Below are positions 1 through 8,897 of a stretch of DNA of 64,000 nucleotides, piece after piece. The notes beneath the pieces were generated by a model, which was not told the DNA's origin, did not search any database, and was given only the letters and a program-made list of their open reading frames with translations. A program made the translations under genes and the position numbers. Source of the DNA: an uncultured Rhizobiaceae bacterium (GTDB taxonomy: Bacteria > Pseudomonadota > Alphaproteobacteria > Rhizobiales > Rhizobiaceae). The stretch covers positions 627 to 64,626 of the forward strand of contig CAYLSN010000001.1 of the NCBI GenBank assembly GCA_964386015.1. Direction: 5' to 3'. Numbering within the stretch: the first letter of the stretch is position 1; every line of letters begins with the position of its first letter.

Positions 1-57
1 CGCAAGTGCTAGGGCCACGGCACAAACCGTGACAAGGACGGGTAGTCGCAGGTTCAT
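1..57 (-). CDS. 5' end of a gene for an exported protein (continues beyond the window start)
   Basis: ATG at 55-57 (minus strand) follows an AAGGA about 11 nt upstream. The 19 visible codons, MNLRLPVLVTVCAVALALA, look like a signal peptide. Too short to name. Confidence 0.3.
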   Translation of the reverse strand, partial: MNLRLPVLVTVCAVALALA

Positions 58-223
58 TTGCGCCAATTCCTTCAATTGTGTCCGGGCGCTCATCTTCTTA
101 CCGCATTTCCGCCCTGATTACTGTCGTAGAAAAACATGGTTGCCAAGTCGTTAATGCAGACAAGGACCGGATGCTATTTCGGTTTTTGCAAGTCATTGCA
201 TTCACGCAACAGCGCGACATGTC

Positions 224-757
224 ATGACGCCGCATCTTGATTCTCCCCGCCAGCCGTCGCATGAACCCTCCATGCCCATCGTGGATCCTCATGCGCGCAA
301 CCCTTTCGAAGATCGGCGCCAGTCCGAACGTGCCCTCCTGGTGCGTCGCGGCGTGCAGAAACTGTTTTTCTCGCTCGGAGTTCCCGTCCTGCCGGAACTT
401 CCGCTCGCAAGCGGACGGAGGGCGGATCTCGTCGCGGTGGGGCCGAAGGGAGAGTTCCTGATCATCGAGATCAAGTCATCGGTCGAGGATTTGCGCGCCG
501 ACCTCAAATGGCCCGAATACCGGCTGCATTGCGACCGTTTCTATTTCGCGACGCACCCGGAAGTGCCGGCCGACATCTTTCCGCAGGATGCCGGCTTCAT
601 CCTCTCGGACGGTCACGGTGCCGAGATCCTGCGCGAATCGCCCGAGCATCCGCTTGCCGGGGCGACAAGGAAGGCCATGCTGATCCGCTTTGCCAGGGCA
701 AGCGCAGGAAGGCTGATGGCGCTGGAACGTGCGGGGATCGACGTGCCGATCCTGTAG
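224..757 (+). CDS. MmcB-family DNA repair protein (PD-(D/E)xK nuclease-like)
   Basis: 177-aa ORF with GC-rich third positions. The core RADLVAV...EFLIIEIKSS fits a D...ExK nuclease motif, and the overall sequence is recognised as the MmcB family. An alternative ATG lies at 272. Confidence 0.6.
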   Translation: MTPHLDSPRQPSHEPSMPIVDPHARNPFEDRRQSERALLVRRGVQKLFFSLGVPVLPELPLASGRRADLVAVGPKGEFLIIEIKSSVEDLRADLKWPEYRLHCDRFYFATHPEVPADIFPQDAGFILSDGHGAEILRESPEHPLAGATRKAMLIRFARASAGRLMALERAGIDVPIL

Positions 758-776
758 AGGAAGCCAGACTGCGCGG

Positions 777-1331
777 CTATCTTGGCGCCCGCTTGGCGAG
801 AATCCGCTGCAGGGTGCGCCGGTGCATGCTCAGACGACGGGCAGTCTCGGAAACGTTCCGGTTGCAGCTCTCATAGACCCGCTGGATATGTTCCCAGCGC
901 ACACGGTCCGCCGACATGGGATTCTCCGGCAAGGGCGCCTTCTCCCCCGGCTCCCGGGTCAGGGCCGCGAAGATCTCGTCGGCATCGGCGGGCTTGGACA
1001 GATAATCGACCGCGCCAAGCTTCACCGCCGTCACGGCGGTGGCGATATTGCCATAGCCGGTCAGGATGATCGCCCTCGTGTCCTCGCGGCGGGAACGAAT
1101 CGCCTCGATCACGTCGAGCCCGTTGCCATCGCCCAGCCGCATGTCGACCACGGCAAAGGCGGGTGGCGAGACACGCACGACCTGGATCGCCGCCGCGATC
1201 GAGTCTGCGGTCGTGACAGAGAACCCTCTTGTCTCCATGGCGCGGGCAAGTCGCTGAAGAAAGGCCTTGTCATCGTCGACGATCAGCAGCGAGCGATCCT
1301 CGCCTGGAATCTGGTACTCCTCACTGGCCAT
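777..1331 (-). CDS. actR: Redox-responsive response regulator, ActR/RegA/PrrA family
   Basis: Receiver domain (LLIVDDD, VVDMRLGDG) plus the near-invariant RegA-type HTH NVSETARRLSMHRRTLQRILAKRAP. The ORF extends to 1394, but ATG 1331 gives the typical length of about 184 aa. Confidence 0.9.
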   Translation of the reverse strand: MASEEYQIPGEDRSLLIVDDDKAFLQRLARAMETRGFSVTTADSIAAAIQVVRVSPPAFAVVDMRLGDGNGLDVIEAIRSRREDTRAIILTGYGNIATAVTAVKLGAVDYLSKPADADEIFAALTREPGEKAPLPENPMSADRVRWEHIQRVYESCNRNVSETARRLSMHRRTLQRILAKRAPR

Positions 1332-1368
1332 GACAATATTCCGCTTGCTGATGATGCTTTCGCTGTAC

Positions 1369-2715
1369 TTATCGCATCCCGACGATTTCTCCAAATTGCC
1401 CCATGGCTCTGTTTTCCCCGGAATACTCGAAGTTCTCCCGGCTCCAGCTCACTCTCACTGCTGCGCCATAGCCGTGCCGGGTGGAATTGCCGAATTGCAC
1501 CGTGGCTCCTGACCTGCCCAGCAGCGACCGCGCGATGAAGAGGCCCAGCCCGAGGCCGCCGGCGCCATCGTCCTTGTGCATATGCGACCTGTAGGAAATA
1601 TACGGCTCGCCGATCCGGTCCAGCACTTCGGCACGGAATCCGGGTCCATCGTCGACAATCTCGATGCTGACACCCTGCTCGTCGTAGCTCCAGGAGACTT
1701 CGACGCGTGAACGGGCAAAATCCACGGCATTCTCGACCAGATTGCCCAGCCCGTAGATTACACCCGGATTGCGGAACGAAACGGGCTCAGGACCGGCGGT
1801 CCTTCCGGCGTGCAGCCGGACTTCGACACCGTAGTCCCGGTGCGGGGCAACCGCTTCCTCGACCAGCGCCGTCAGCGACAGCCGCGACAGCGGCCCGCCG
1901 CTTTCCGTCGACAGGCTCGTCAGCTGTTTCAGGATTTCCCGGCAGCGCTCGGATTGCGTCCGCAGCAGGCGAATATCCTCCGCAAACTCCGAATCCGCCG
2001 GGATGGCGTGTTCCATCTCGCGGGCAACGAGGGAGATCGTCGCGAGCGGCGTGCCGAGTTCATGTGCGGCGGCGGCGGCGAGACCATCCAGCGCCGAAAG
2101 GTGCTGCTCGCGTTGCAACACGAGTTCGGTAGCGGCAAGCGCCCCGGCGAGCTTGCGCGCCTCGTCCGCCACCCGCCACACATAGATCGAGGTGAACAGG
2201 ATCGTGGAGACGACTGCGAACCAGACGCCGGTCTTGTAGACGACCGGGATGGAGAGCTGCATTCCCGCCATCCACGGCAATGGCCGGTGATGGAACATGA
2301 GGCCTGTGGCCAGCAGGATCACCAGCACACCGAGCATGACCGTATGCCGCACGGGCATGGCCGTGGCGGAGATCACGACCGGGGCAACCATGAGCAGGGA
2401 AAACGGATTGGTCAGCCCGCCTGTCAGATACAGCAACCCGGCCAGCTGGAGCGCGTCGTAGACCAGCAGCGCCAGGGCGGGCCGCAGCTGAAGCCGGTGG
2501 TTTGCGGGATAGGCCAGCGCAAGATAGACGTTGAGTGCCGCCGATCCGGCGATCAGGGTGACGCATTCGGCGACCGGCATCGGGAATTCCAGCACGATCG
2601 CCACCACGAAGACAGCGAGGCTCTGGCCGGCAAGCGCGAGCCAGCGCAGCTTGATCAGCGTGTTCAGCCGCAGCTGGCCGCTTGTGCCGAAATCCGGTGA
2701 GCGCAGATCGTCCAT
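1369..2715 (-). CDS. actS: Sensor histidine kinase, ActS/RegB/PrrB family
   Basis: Multi-TM N-terminus with the quinone-site motif GGLTNPF, H-box AAHELGTPL, a redox-box Cys (SERCREIL) and an HATPase domain (GGLGLGL). Lies directly upstream of actR. Confidence 0.9.
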   Translation of the reverse strand: MDDLRSPDFGTSGQLRLNTLIKLRWLALAGQSLAVFVVAIVLEFPMPVAECVTLIAGSAALNVYLALAYPANHRLQLRPALALLVYDALQLAGLLYLTGGLTNPFSLLMVAPVVISATAMPVRHTVMLGVLVILLATGLMFHHRPLPWMAGMQLSIPVVYKTGVWFAVVSTILFTSIYVWRVADEARKLAGALAATELVLQREQHLSALDGLAAAAAHELGTPLATISLVAREMEHAIPADSEFAEDIRLLRTQSERCREILKQLTSLSTESGGPLSRLSLTALVEEAVAPHRDYGVEVRLHAGRTAGPEPVSFRNPGVIYGLGNLVENAVDFARSRVEVSWSYDEQGVSIEIVDDGPGFRAEVLDRIGEPYISYRSHMHKDDGAGGLGLGLFIARSLLGRSGATVQFGNSTRHGYGAAVRVSWSRENFEYSGENRAMGQFGEIVGMR

Positions 2716-2723
2716 GGATGACC

Positions 2724-5171
2724 CTATACCCCTTTCGGGCGCACCCGCGTAGTGGGCTGGGCACTTGCCGGATCTTCCGGCCAGAAATGCCGGGGATAGC
2801 GCCCGCGCATCTCGGTTCTCACCTCGCGCCAGGAGCCGCGCCAGAACCCGGGAAGATCCTGCGTGACCTGGATCGGCCTGCCTGCGGGCGAGAGCAGCTC
2901 CAAGAGCAGCGGCGTCCGGCCGATGCGGGGATGCTCGCGCAGACCGTACAGTTCCTGGACCCGGATCGCGACCGCCGGAACCTCGCGGTCATACCGGATT
3001 GCCACGCGCGTTCCCGTCGGTGCGGTGAAACGGGCCGGTGCCAGGCGCTCCAGCTCCCGCTGCATGTCATGGGGCAGCAGAGACAGCAGCGCCGCCTCCA
3101 GCCGTCCGCCGGCAAGGGCGGCAAGTTCGGGGCTGCCCGTCAGCCACGGCAGCAGCCACTCCTTCAGCCGCGCCAGAAGGGCTTCATCGGAAACATCCGG
3201 CCACGGATCGCCGGCATGGCGCTGCAGCCAGCGCATCCGCTCCCGGAGTGCACGGGCGCCGTCGCTCCACGGAAGGATGGCCAGCCCTTGCGCGCGCACT
3301 GCATCGAGGATGGCCGCGTCCGCCTCCGGCCCGGAAGGCGGCGGCAGCATCGCTTCCGTCAGGACCAAAGCGCCGAGCCGGCGCCGGCCGCGCCGCCGCA
3401 GCGTACCGGTCGCGGCATCCATCGTGACAGTCGACACGGTTTCGATGCGGCTCCCGGCCGCTTCCTCGATCTCCTCCAGGCGAATCGGTGCCGCCGCCAG
3501 GATCCGCAAATCGGCTGCCCTGCCGGTCAGGTCGGCGACAACGAGCCAGGGTTCGCCCGCCAGCGGATCGTCTTCGTCAAGTCGCGCGCCGCGCCCGTTT
3601 GCCAGCCTGAACTGCCCGGCCGCGCCGCGACCTTGTGCAATTCGGTCGGGAAAGGCATCGGCGAGCAGTCGGCCTGCCGAGGTTACGTCCCGGTCAGGCC
3701 CGTCCTGAATCAGCGCGGCCAGCCGCGCTGCGAGTGCCGTGGCTTCGCGGCTCTTCGGGCCGCGGTCGCCCCGCAGTCGCGCAAGTCGCCGCTCCAGATC
3801 CGTGCCGCTGCCCGCCAGGCCCCGCTCGCTCACGAGCAGGGCCAGCTCCGCCGCCATGCATGCAACGCCCCGCTTCCCGGCCTCGGCCAGCATTGCGGCA
3901 AGCCGCGGCGGCAAGGGCAGCCTGCGCATGAGCTTGCCTTTGCCGGTCACGCCGCCGCGGGCATCCAGCGCCCCAAGTTCCTGCAGCAGCCGCCTCGCCT
4001 CGGCGAGGGCGCCGTCAGGCGGAGGGTCCAGCAGGCGCAGCCCGCCCGGATCGATGCCGGAAGCAGCGCAATCGAGCAGCAGGCCGGAGAGATCCGAGGC
4101 AAGGATCGCCGGCGGCGGCGCCGGGGGCAGCGACGCATTCTGTCCCTCATGCCAGAGGCGAAGCGCAATGCCTGGCGCGGTGCGCCCCGCCCTTCCTGCC
4201 CGCTGGTCGGCCGATGCCTTCGACACGCGTACGGTCTCCAGACGCGTCACTCCGGCAGCCGGATCGAATTGCGGCAGACGGGCAAGACCGCTGTCAATGA
4301 CGATGCGGACGCCATCGATGGTGATCGACGATTCGGCGATGGCCGTTGCCAGCACCACCTTGCGCCTGCCCTTGCCTGCAGGCTGTATGGCGGCATCCTG
4401 TTCCGCTCCCTCGAGGCCGCCATGCAAGGCATGGAGATCGACATCGCCGCCGACACGTCCCCGCAGACGCTCCAGTGTGCGCTCGATCTCTGCCCTGCCC
4501 GGAAGGAAGGCAAGGATGCTGCCGGTCTCGTCGCGGAGCGCAGAGCGGATCGCCACCGCCATCGCATCCTCGATCCGTTCCTGCGGCTGGCGCGGCAGGT
4601 AGCGTAGTGCCACCGGATAGCTGCGCCCCTCGCTGCGCACGATTTCGGCACCGCCAAGGAGATCGGCGACCGGCGCGGCATCAAGCGTCGCCGACATCAC
4701 CGCCAGCCTGAGGTCGGGCCGAAGCGCCTCACGGATCTCCAGCGCCAGTGCGAGGCCGAAATCGACGTCCAGCGACCTCTCATGAAATTCGTCGAACAGG
4801 ACGGCGCCGATTCCGGCAAGTTCGGGATCGTCGATCGCCATGCGCGAAAACACGCCGTCCGTGACCACCAGAATGCGTGTTGCCTCGCTGCTGCGGGTGT
4901 CGAAACGCACGGCATGGCCGACGGTCCTGCCGACCGGCTCTCCGAGCAGCGAGGCCATGCGCCGCGCGGCCGCCCGGGCCGCGATCCGCCTCGGTTCGAC
5001 AAGAACGATCCGGCCCCGCCCCGCCACGCCCTGTTCCATCATGGCGAGGGGCACCAGCGTCGTCTTGCCGGCGCCCGGCGGCGCCACCAGCACGGCCGTT
5101 CCATTCCGTTCGAGCGCCCGCAGAAGCCCGGGCAGCGCGTCCTTCACCGGCAGATCGGGCAGGCCGGTCAT
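2724..5171 (-). CDS. hrpB: ATP-dependent DEAH-box RNA helicase HrpB
   Basis: 815 aa with Walker A APPGAGKTT, the DEAH-type box FDEFHERS and an HrpB-type C-terminal region. The start ATG overlaps the upstream stop as ATGA at 5168-5171. Confidence 0.9.
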   Translation of the reverse strand: MTGLPDLPVKDALPGLLRALERNGTAVLVAPPGAGKTTLVPLAMMEQGVAGRGRIVLVEPRRIAARAAARRMASLLGEPVGRTVGHAVRFDTRSSEATRILVVTDGVFSRMAIDDPELAGIGAVLFDEFHERSLDVDFGLALALEIREALRPDLRLAVMSATLDAAPVADLLGGAEIVRSEGRSYPVALRYLPRQPQERIEDAMAVAIRSALRDETGSILAFLPGRAEIERTLERLRGRVGGDVDLHALHGGLEGAEQDAAIQPAGKGRRKVVLATAIAESSITIDGVRIVIDSGLARLPQFDPAAGVTRLETVRVSKASADQRAGRAGRTAPGIALRLWHEGQNASLPPAPPPAILASDLSGLLLDCAASGIDPGGLRLLDPPPDGALAEARRLLQELGALDARGGVTGKGKLMRRLPLPPRLAAMLAEAGKRGVACMAAELALLVSERGLAGSGTDLERRLARLRGDRGPKSREATALAARLAALIQDGPDRDVTSAGRLLADAFPDRIAQGRGAAGQFRLANGRGARLDEDDPLAGEPWLVVADLTGRAADLRILAAAPIRLEEIEEAAGSRIETVSTVTMDAATGTLRRRGRRRLGALVLTEAMLPPPSGPEADAAILDAVRAQGLAILPWSDGARALRERMRWLQRHAGDPWPDVSDEALLARLKEWLLPWLTGSPELAALAGGRLEAALLSLLPHDMQRELERLAPARFTAPTGTRVAIRYDREVPAVAIRVQELYGLREHPRIGRTPLLLELLSPAGRPIQVTQDLPGFWRGSWREVRTEMRGRYPRHFWPEDPASAQPTTRVRPKGV

Positions 5172-5812
5172 TCCTCGCCGATCCGGATCACCGGACCGCC
5201 AGCAGCGTCGGCGTCTTCGGCATCATGCGTCACCAGCAGCGTCGGCAGCCCGCGCAGGCGGGCACGCGAGAAGACCAGTTCGCGCATCTGCTGGCGCAAC
5301 GGTGCATCCAGGCCGGAGAAGGGTTCGTCCAGCAGGAGCATGCGCGGCTCGGAAAGCAGGATCCGGGCCAGCGCGACCCGCGCCTTCTGTCCACCCGACA
5401 AGGTGGACGGATCGCGTTCGCCCGCGCCCTCCAGGCCGACATCCGCCAGCGCCTCTTCGGCGCGGCGCCGGCGAGCGTCCCTGCCCCGGATCCGCTGCGG
5501 GATGGCAAAGACCAGATTGCTCAGGACCGACATGTGCGGAAACAGCAAGGCGTCCTGGAACAGCAGTCCGGCGCGCCGATCCTCCGCGGGCACCCCGGTC
5601 AGGTCCACGCCATCCAGCACCACCCTGCCGAACGCCTGGAAACTGGTATCCAGGAATCCGCCGACATAGGCGAGGAGGGTCGACTTGCCGGAGCCGGAAG
5701 GCCCCATCACCGTCAGCACAACTCCTGGTCGAACATGATGATTCACGGTCAGCAGTTTCCGATAGCCGAGCCGTAGGCTCACGTTCTCCAGTACCAGACC
5801 GTCCTGTTTCAT
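5168..5812 (-). CDS. ABC transporter ATP-binding protein (YnjD/ThiQ-like)
   Basis: Walker A GPSGSGKSTLL, signature LSGGQKARV, Walker B LLLDEP. The start is taken at MKQDGLVLENV (ATG 5812) just after the permease stop. Confidence 0.85.
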   Translation of the reverse strand: MKQDGLVLENVSLRLGYRKLLTVNHHVRPGVVLTVMGPSGSGKSTLLAYVGGFLDTSFQAFGRVVLDGVDLTGVPAEDRRAGLLFQDALLFPHMSVLSNLVFAIPQRIRGRDARRRRAEEALADVGLEGAGERDPSTLSGGQKARVALARILLSEPRMLLLDEPFSGLDAPLRQQMRELVFSRARLRGLPTLLVTHDAEDADAAGGPVIRIGEE

Positions 5813-5819
5813 CTGCAAC

Positions 5820-7484
5820 CTATACCTGCAAGCCACGCCGCGACCGGAATAGCAAGGCAGGTACACAGGTTGCAATCAGAAATCCGGCCATCGGCAGCAG
5901 GAGCTGCAGGACGGCGTAGACCCCGATGACCCTCCGATTGCCTCCGGAGGCGAGCGCTACCGCCTCGGTTGTAATTGTCGTCAGCCTGCCGCCGCCGATC
6001 AGCAGGGTGGGCAGATAGAGGCCCACGGACACCGCGAAGCCGACCGCCGCTGCCGTCAGCACGGCCGGAAGCAGCATGGGCAACCTGATTCGCAGCAGCA
6101 CCTGCCAGCGCGGCTTGCCGAGAGCTGCCGCGACGAACTCGTAGCGCCGGTCGAAGCCACGCCAGTGATTGCCGAGCGACAGGAAGACATAGGGAAGCAC
6201 GAAGATCAGATGCGTCAGCACCAGCACGCAAATGCCGGCTTCGGCGCCCGTCAGCACGAACAGCTGGTTCAGTCCGGAAAGGAAGCAGATCTCCGGCACC
6301 ACGAGCGGTGCGAACACCAGGCGGGAAAGCCCGGGGAGAGCCCGTTCCCTCGTCAGGCAGGACAGAGCCAGCAATGTCGCCAGCGCGGTCGATGCAAGAC
6401 CCGTGACCAGGGTGGTCGCCAGCGGGCCGCCAATGCGCGGCCACGCGGCCTCCCAGCTGCGCGTGGTCCAGGAGGAAGGCAGGAGATCGGGGAACGGCCA
6501 TGGACCGGCCACGGACCAGACCGCCAGCGAGCCGAGCCCGGCAAGCACGGCGACTGCCGCAGTCGTGATTGCCGCGGCGCCGGCCAGCGCAACGGTCCGG
6601 TCGCGGCGAAAGCGCATGCCCTGTCCGATGCAGCGCGCCAGCAAGACGCGTCCGACACGCTCGAGCGCGAACCAGGCAAGAATTGCGGTCAGTGTCAGCA
6701 GCAATTGCAGGACGGCAGCGGCGGAAGCCAGATAGCGCCCGGACAGGCCGGGATCGTTCATCCAGTCGAGTATGCGCACGGCGAGGGTCGGGGGAGTGGT
6801 CGGGCCGAGAATTGCCGCCACGTCGGCAGTGGAGGAGGAAAAGGCGATGACGGCGAAGACCGCCAGCCGGATCTGGCGATAGACCGAAGGCCAGGCCGTG
6901 CAGGCAAAGCCGGCGATCCTGCCGTAGCCGAGCGTGGAGGCGATGGCGCGGCACTGCGGCAGCCTGACCTGCGGCAGCGCCGCCAGGGTCATCAGGAACA
7001 GGAAGGGGATCTCCTTGATCACCAGTCCCGCCATCATGGCCAGGCCGTAGCGGTCCTGCACGAGCAGCAGGTCCGGCGGGCGTTCCCAGCCCGTCAGGCC
7101 GGGCGAAACCAGCCGCACCAGCAGCCCTGACGGAGCGATGAGGAAGGCGAAGGCAAAGGCAGCGGAAGCATGCGGCACGGAAAGCAGCGGCGAGACCAGA
7201 TGCTGGACGCGGCGAAAGAACGGGGTTCCGGCATGGGCGGCGACAAACAGGAAGACGGTGCCGAGCGCCATGACGGCGGTGACGAGGCCCGCGGCCAGGC
7301 TGATCAGGGCCGAATGCAGGATGCCCGGCTGGCCGAACAGGACCGCGAAGTGCTGCAAGGTCAGCCTGGTGCCGCCGAGGATCGGCAGATAGCCGAAGGC
7401 AGGCAGCACCGTTCCGGCAAGCCCGGCAAGGACGGGAAGCAGAAGCAGTCCCAGCGCCAGCGCCGGTCCCGGCCTGGCCAGCAT
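5820..7484 (-). CDS. ABC transporter permease with two fused permease domains (YnjC/ThiP-like)
   Basis: About 554 aa and highly hydrophobic, with two tandem membrane-domain halves. The start is taken at MLARPGPALALGLLLLPVL (7484), 25 nt after the SBP stop. Confidence 0.8.
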   Translation of the reverse strand: MLARPGPALALGLLLLPVLAGLAGTVLPAFGYLPILGGTRLTLQHFAVLFGQPGILHSALISLAAGLVTAVMALGTVFLFVAAHAGTPFFRRVQHLVSPLLSVPHASAAFAFAFLIAPSGLLVRLVSPGLTGWERPPDLLLVQDRYGLAMMAGLVIKEIPFLFLMTLAALPQVRLPQCRAIASTLGYGRIAGFACTAWPSVYRQIRLAVFAVIAFSSSTADVAAILGPTTPPTLAVRILDWMNDPGLSGRYLASAAAVLQLLLTLTAILAWFALERVGRVLLARCIGQGMRFRRDRTVALAGAAAITTAAVAVLAGLGSLAVWSVAGPWPFPDLLPSSWTTRSWEAAWPRIGGPLATTLVTGLASTALATLLALSCLTRERALPGLSRLVFAPLVVPEICFLSGLNQLFVLTGAEAGICVLVLTHLIFVLPYVFLSLGNHWRGFDRRYEFVAAALGKPRWQVLLRIRLPMLLPAVLTAAAVGFAVSVGLYLPTLLIGGGRLTTITTEAVALASGGNRRVIGVYAVLQLLLPMAGFLIATCVPALLFRSRRGLQV

Positions 7485-7509
7485 CGGACTCACTCCGCGG
7501 ACACGAGGA

Positions 7510-8751
7510 TCAATTGGCAACGCCGTAGCGTCGGTTCCATTCCTCCTCCAGCCTTTCCATCCAGGCGGGATGCGGTTCCTCCAGCGCCGGGCCGAGCTCG
7601 TCCGGCGCAAGCGTCGCGACACCGAGTTCGAGCGATTCGAAGCGAGCCCTGTCCTCGGCTTCGAGCGCTTTCAGGTCGAGAACCGTCGGGTCACCCCATA
7701 TCCCTGGATCCTCCTTGCGTGCCTGGGCTTCCGGCGACAGCAGGAAATCGGCGAGCACCATGGCACCGGCCCTGGCGGATGCGTTGAAGGGGATGGCGAC
7801 AAAATGCGTGTTGCCCAGCGTGCCGCCGGAGAAGACGAAGGAGCGTACCGAATCCGGCAATTCGCCGTTGGCGATCGCATTGGAAGCTTCCGACGGGTTG
7901 AACGCGAACATGATCTCGATCTCGCCATCGGCAAGCAGCTGCTTCATGGCTGGATAATTGCGGGGAAAGGCGCGGCCGCCGCGCCAGAGAAGCGGATGCA
8001 GCTCGTCCAGCCACGCAAATAGCGGCGCGGCGACGGCATCGAAATTCTCCGGCGCCTGCCTCAGGGCCTCGCGGTCCCCGGCCAGCTCGAGCAGCACCTG
8101 TTTCAGAAAGGACGAGCCGGTGAAATCCGGCGGCTGCGGATAGGTGAACCTGCCCGGATTCTGCCGCGCCCATTGCAGCAGCATTGCGGCGCTGCGCGGC
8201 ATGGCGGCCGGGTCGGTGCGGGCCGAATCATGGAAGAAGACGAGCCTCGCCATGCCCCAGGGGCTCTCCAGCCCCTCGACCGGAATCGTGAAGTCGAACC
8301 GAACCGTCGGCTTTCCTGCCACATCGACGAAACGCCAGTTGGGCAGGCTTTCGGCCCAGCCCGGCATGTGCAGCAGGCCCTCGCGCTTCATGGCGGCGAA
8401 GTTCTCGCCATTGATCCAGATGAGGTCGACCGAGCCGCCTTCGGTGCGGCCCGCTGCCTTCTCCGTCAGGATGCGGCCGACGGCATGCGCGGTATCGTCC
8501 AGTTTCACATGCACGACCTCGACGTCGAACCGCCGGCGCATCTCCTGCCCCGCCCATTCGATATAGGCATTGATGTTCTCCGAGCCGCCCCAGGCATTGA
8601 AATAGACCGTCTGGCCGCGCGCCTCCGCCAGGACTGCATCCCAGTTGGCGGGGTCGGGCCCCTCCGCCCTGGCCAGCGCTGTCGCTGCCAGAACCAGGAT
8701 CGCTGCGAAATGCAGTCTGATCATTGCGAAAGCCGATCTCATCACTGCCAC
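7510..8751 (-). CDS. ABC transporter periplasmic substrate-binding protein (YnjB-like)
   Basis: Signal peptide ...ILVLAATALARA, and blocks WGGSENINAYIEW and GGSVDLIWINGENFAAMK recalled from E. coli YnjB. First gene of the SBP-permease-ATPase set. Confidence 0.75.
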   Translation of the reverse strand: MAVMRSAFAMIRLHFAAILVLAATALARAEGPDPANWDAVLAEARGQTVYFNAWGGSENINAYIEWAGQEMRRRFDVEVVHVKLDDTAHAVGRILTEKAAGRTEGGSVDLIWINGENFAAMKREGLLHMPGWAESLPNWRFVDVAGKPTVRFDFTIPVEGLESPWGMARLVFFHDSARTDPAAMPRSAAMLLQWARQNPGRFTYPQPPDFTGSSFLKQVLLELAGDREALRQAPENFDAVAAPLFAWLDELHPLLWRGGRAFPRNYPAMKQLLADGEIEIMFAFNPSEASNAIANGELPDSVRSFVFSGGTLGNTHFVAIPFNASARAGAMVLADFLLSPEAQARKEDPGIWGDPTVLDLKALEAEDRARFESLELGVATLAPDELGPALEEPHPAWMERLEEEWNRRYGVAN

Positions 8752-8897
8752 CTCCGGTCGCCATTGAGCCTGCCGCGCACTTGCCTGTCAATGAGCCGGA
8801 TGCGTCGCCGAAAGACCAGCAGGAGCGGAAACGTCATTGACAAGCAGATGCCATGACCGAAGATTGCGCTTCATCTGCCAGCGTATGGGAGTGGCGC

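Noticed and set aside
2682-4607. 641-aa plus-strand ORF opposite hrpB
   Set aside because: It is antisense to a helicase with clear Walker A and DEAH motifs. It has an Arg/Pro/Gln-rich composition and no RBS.
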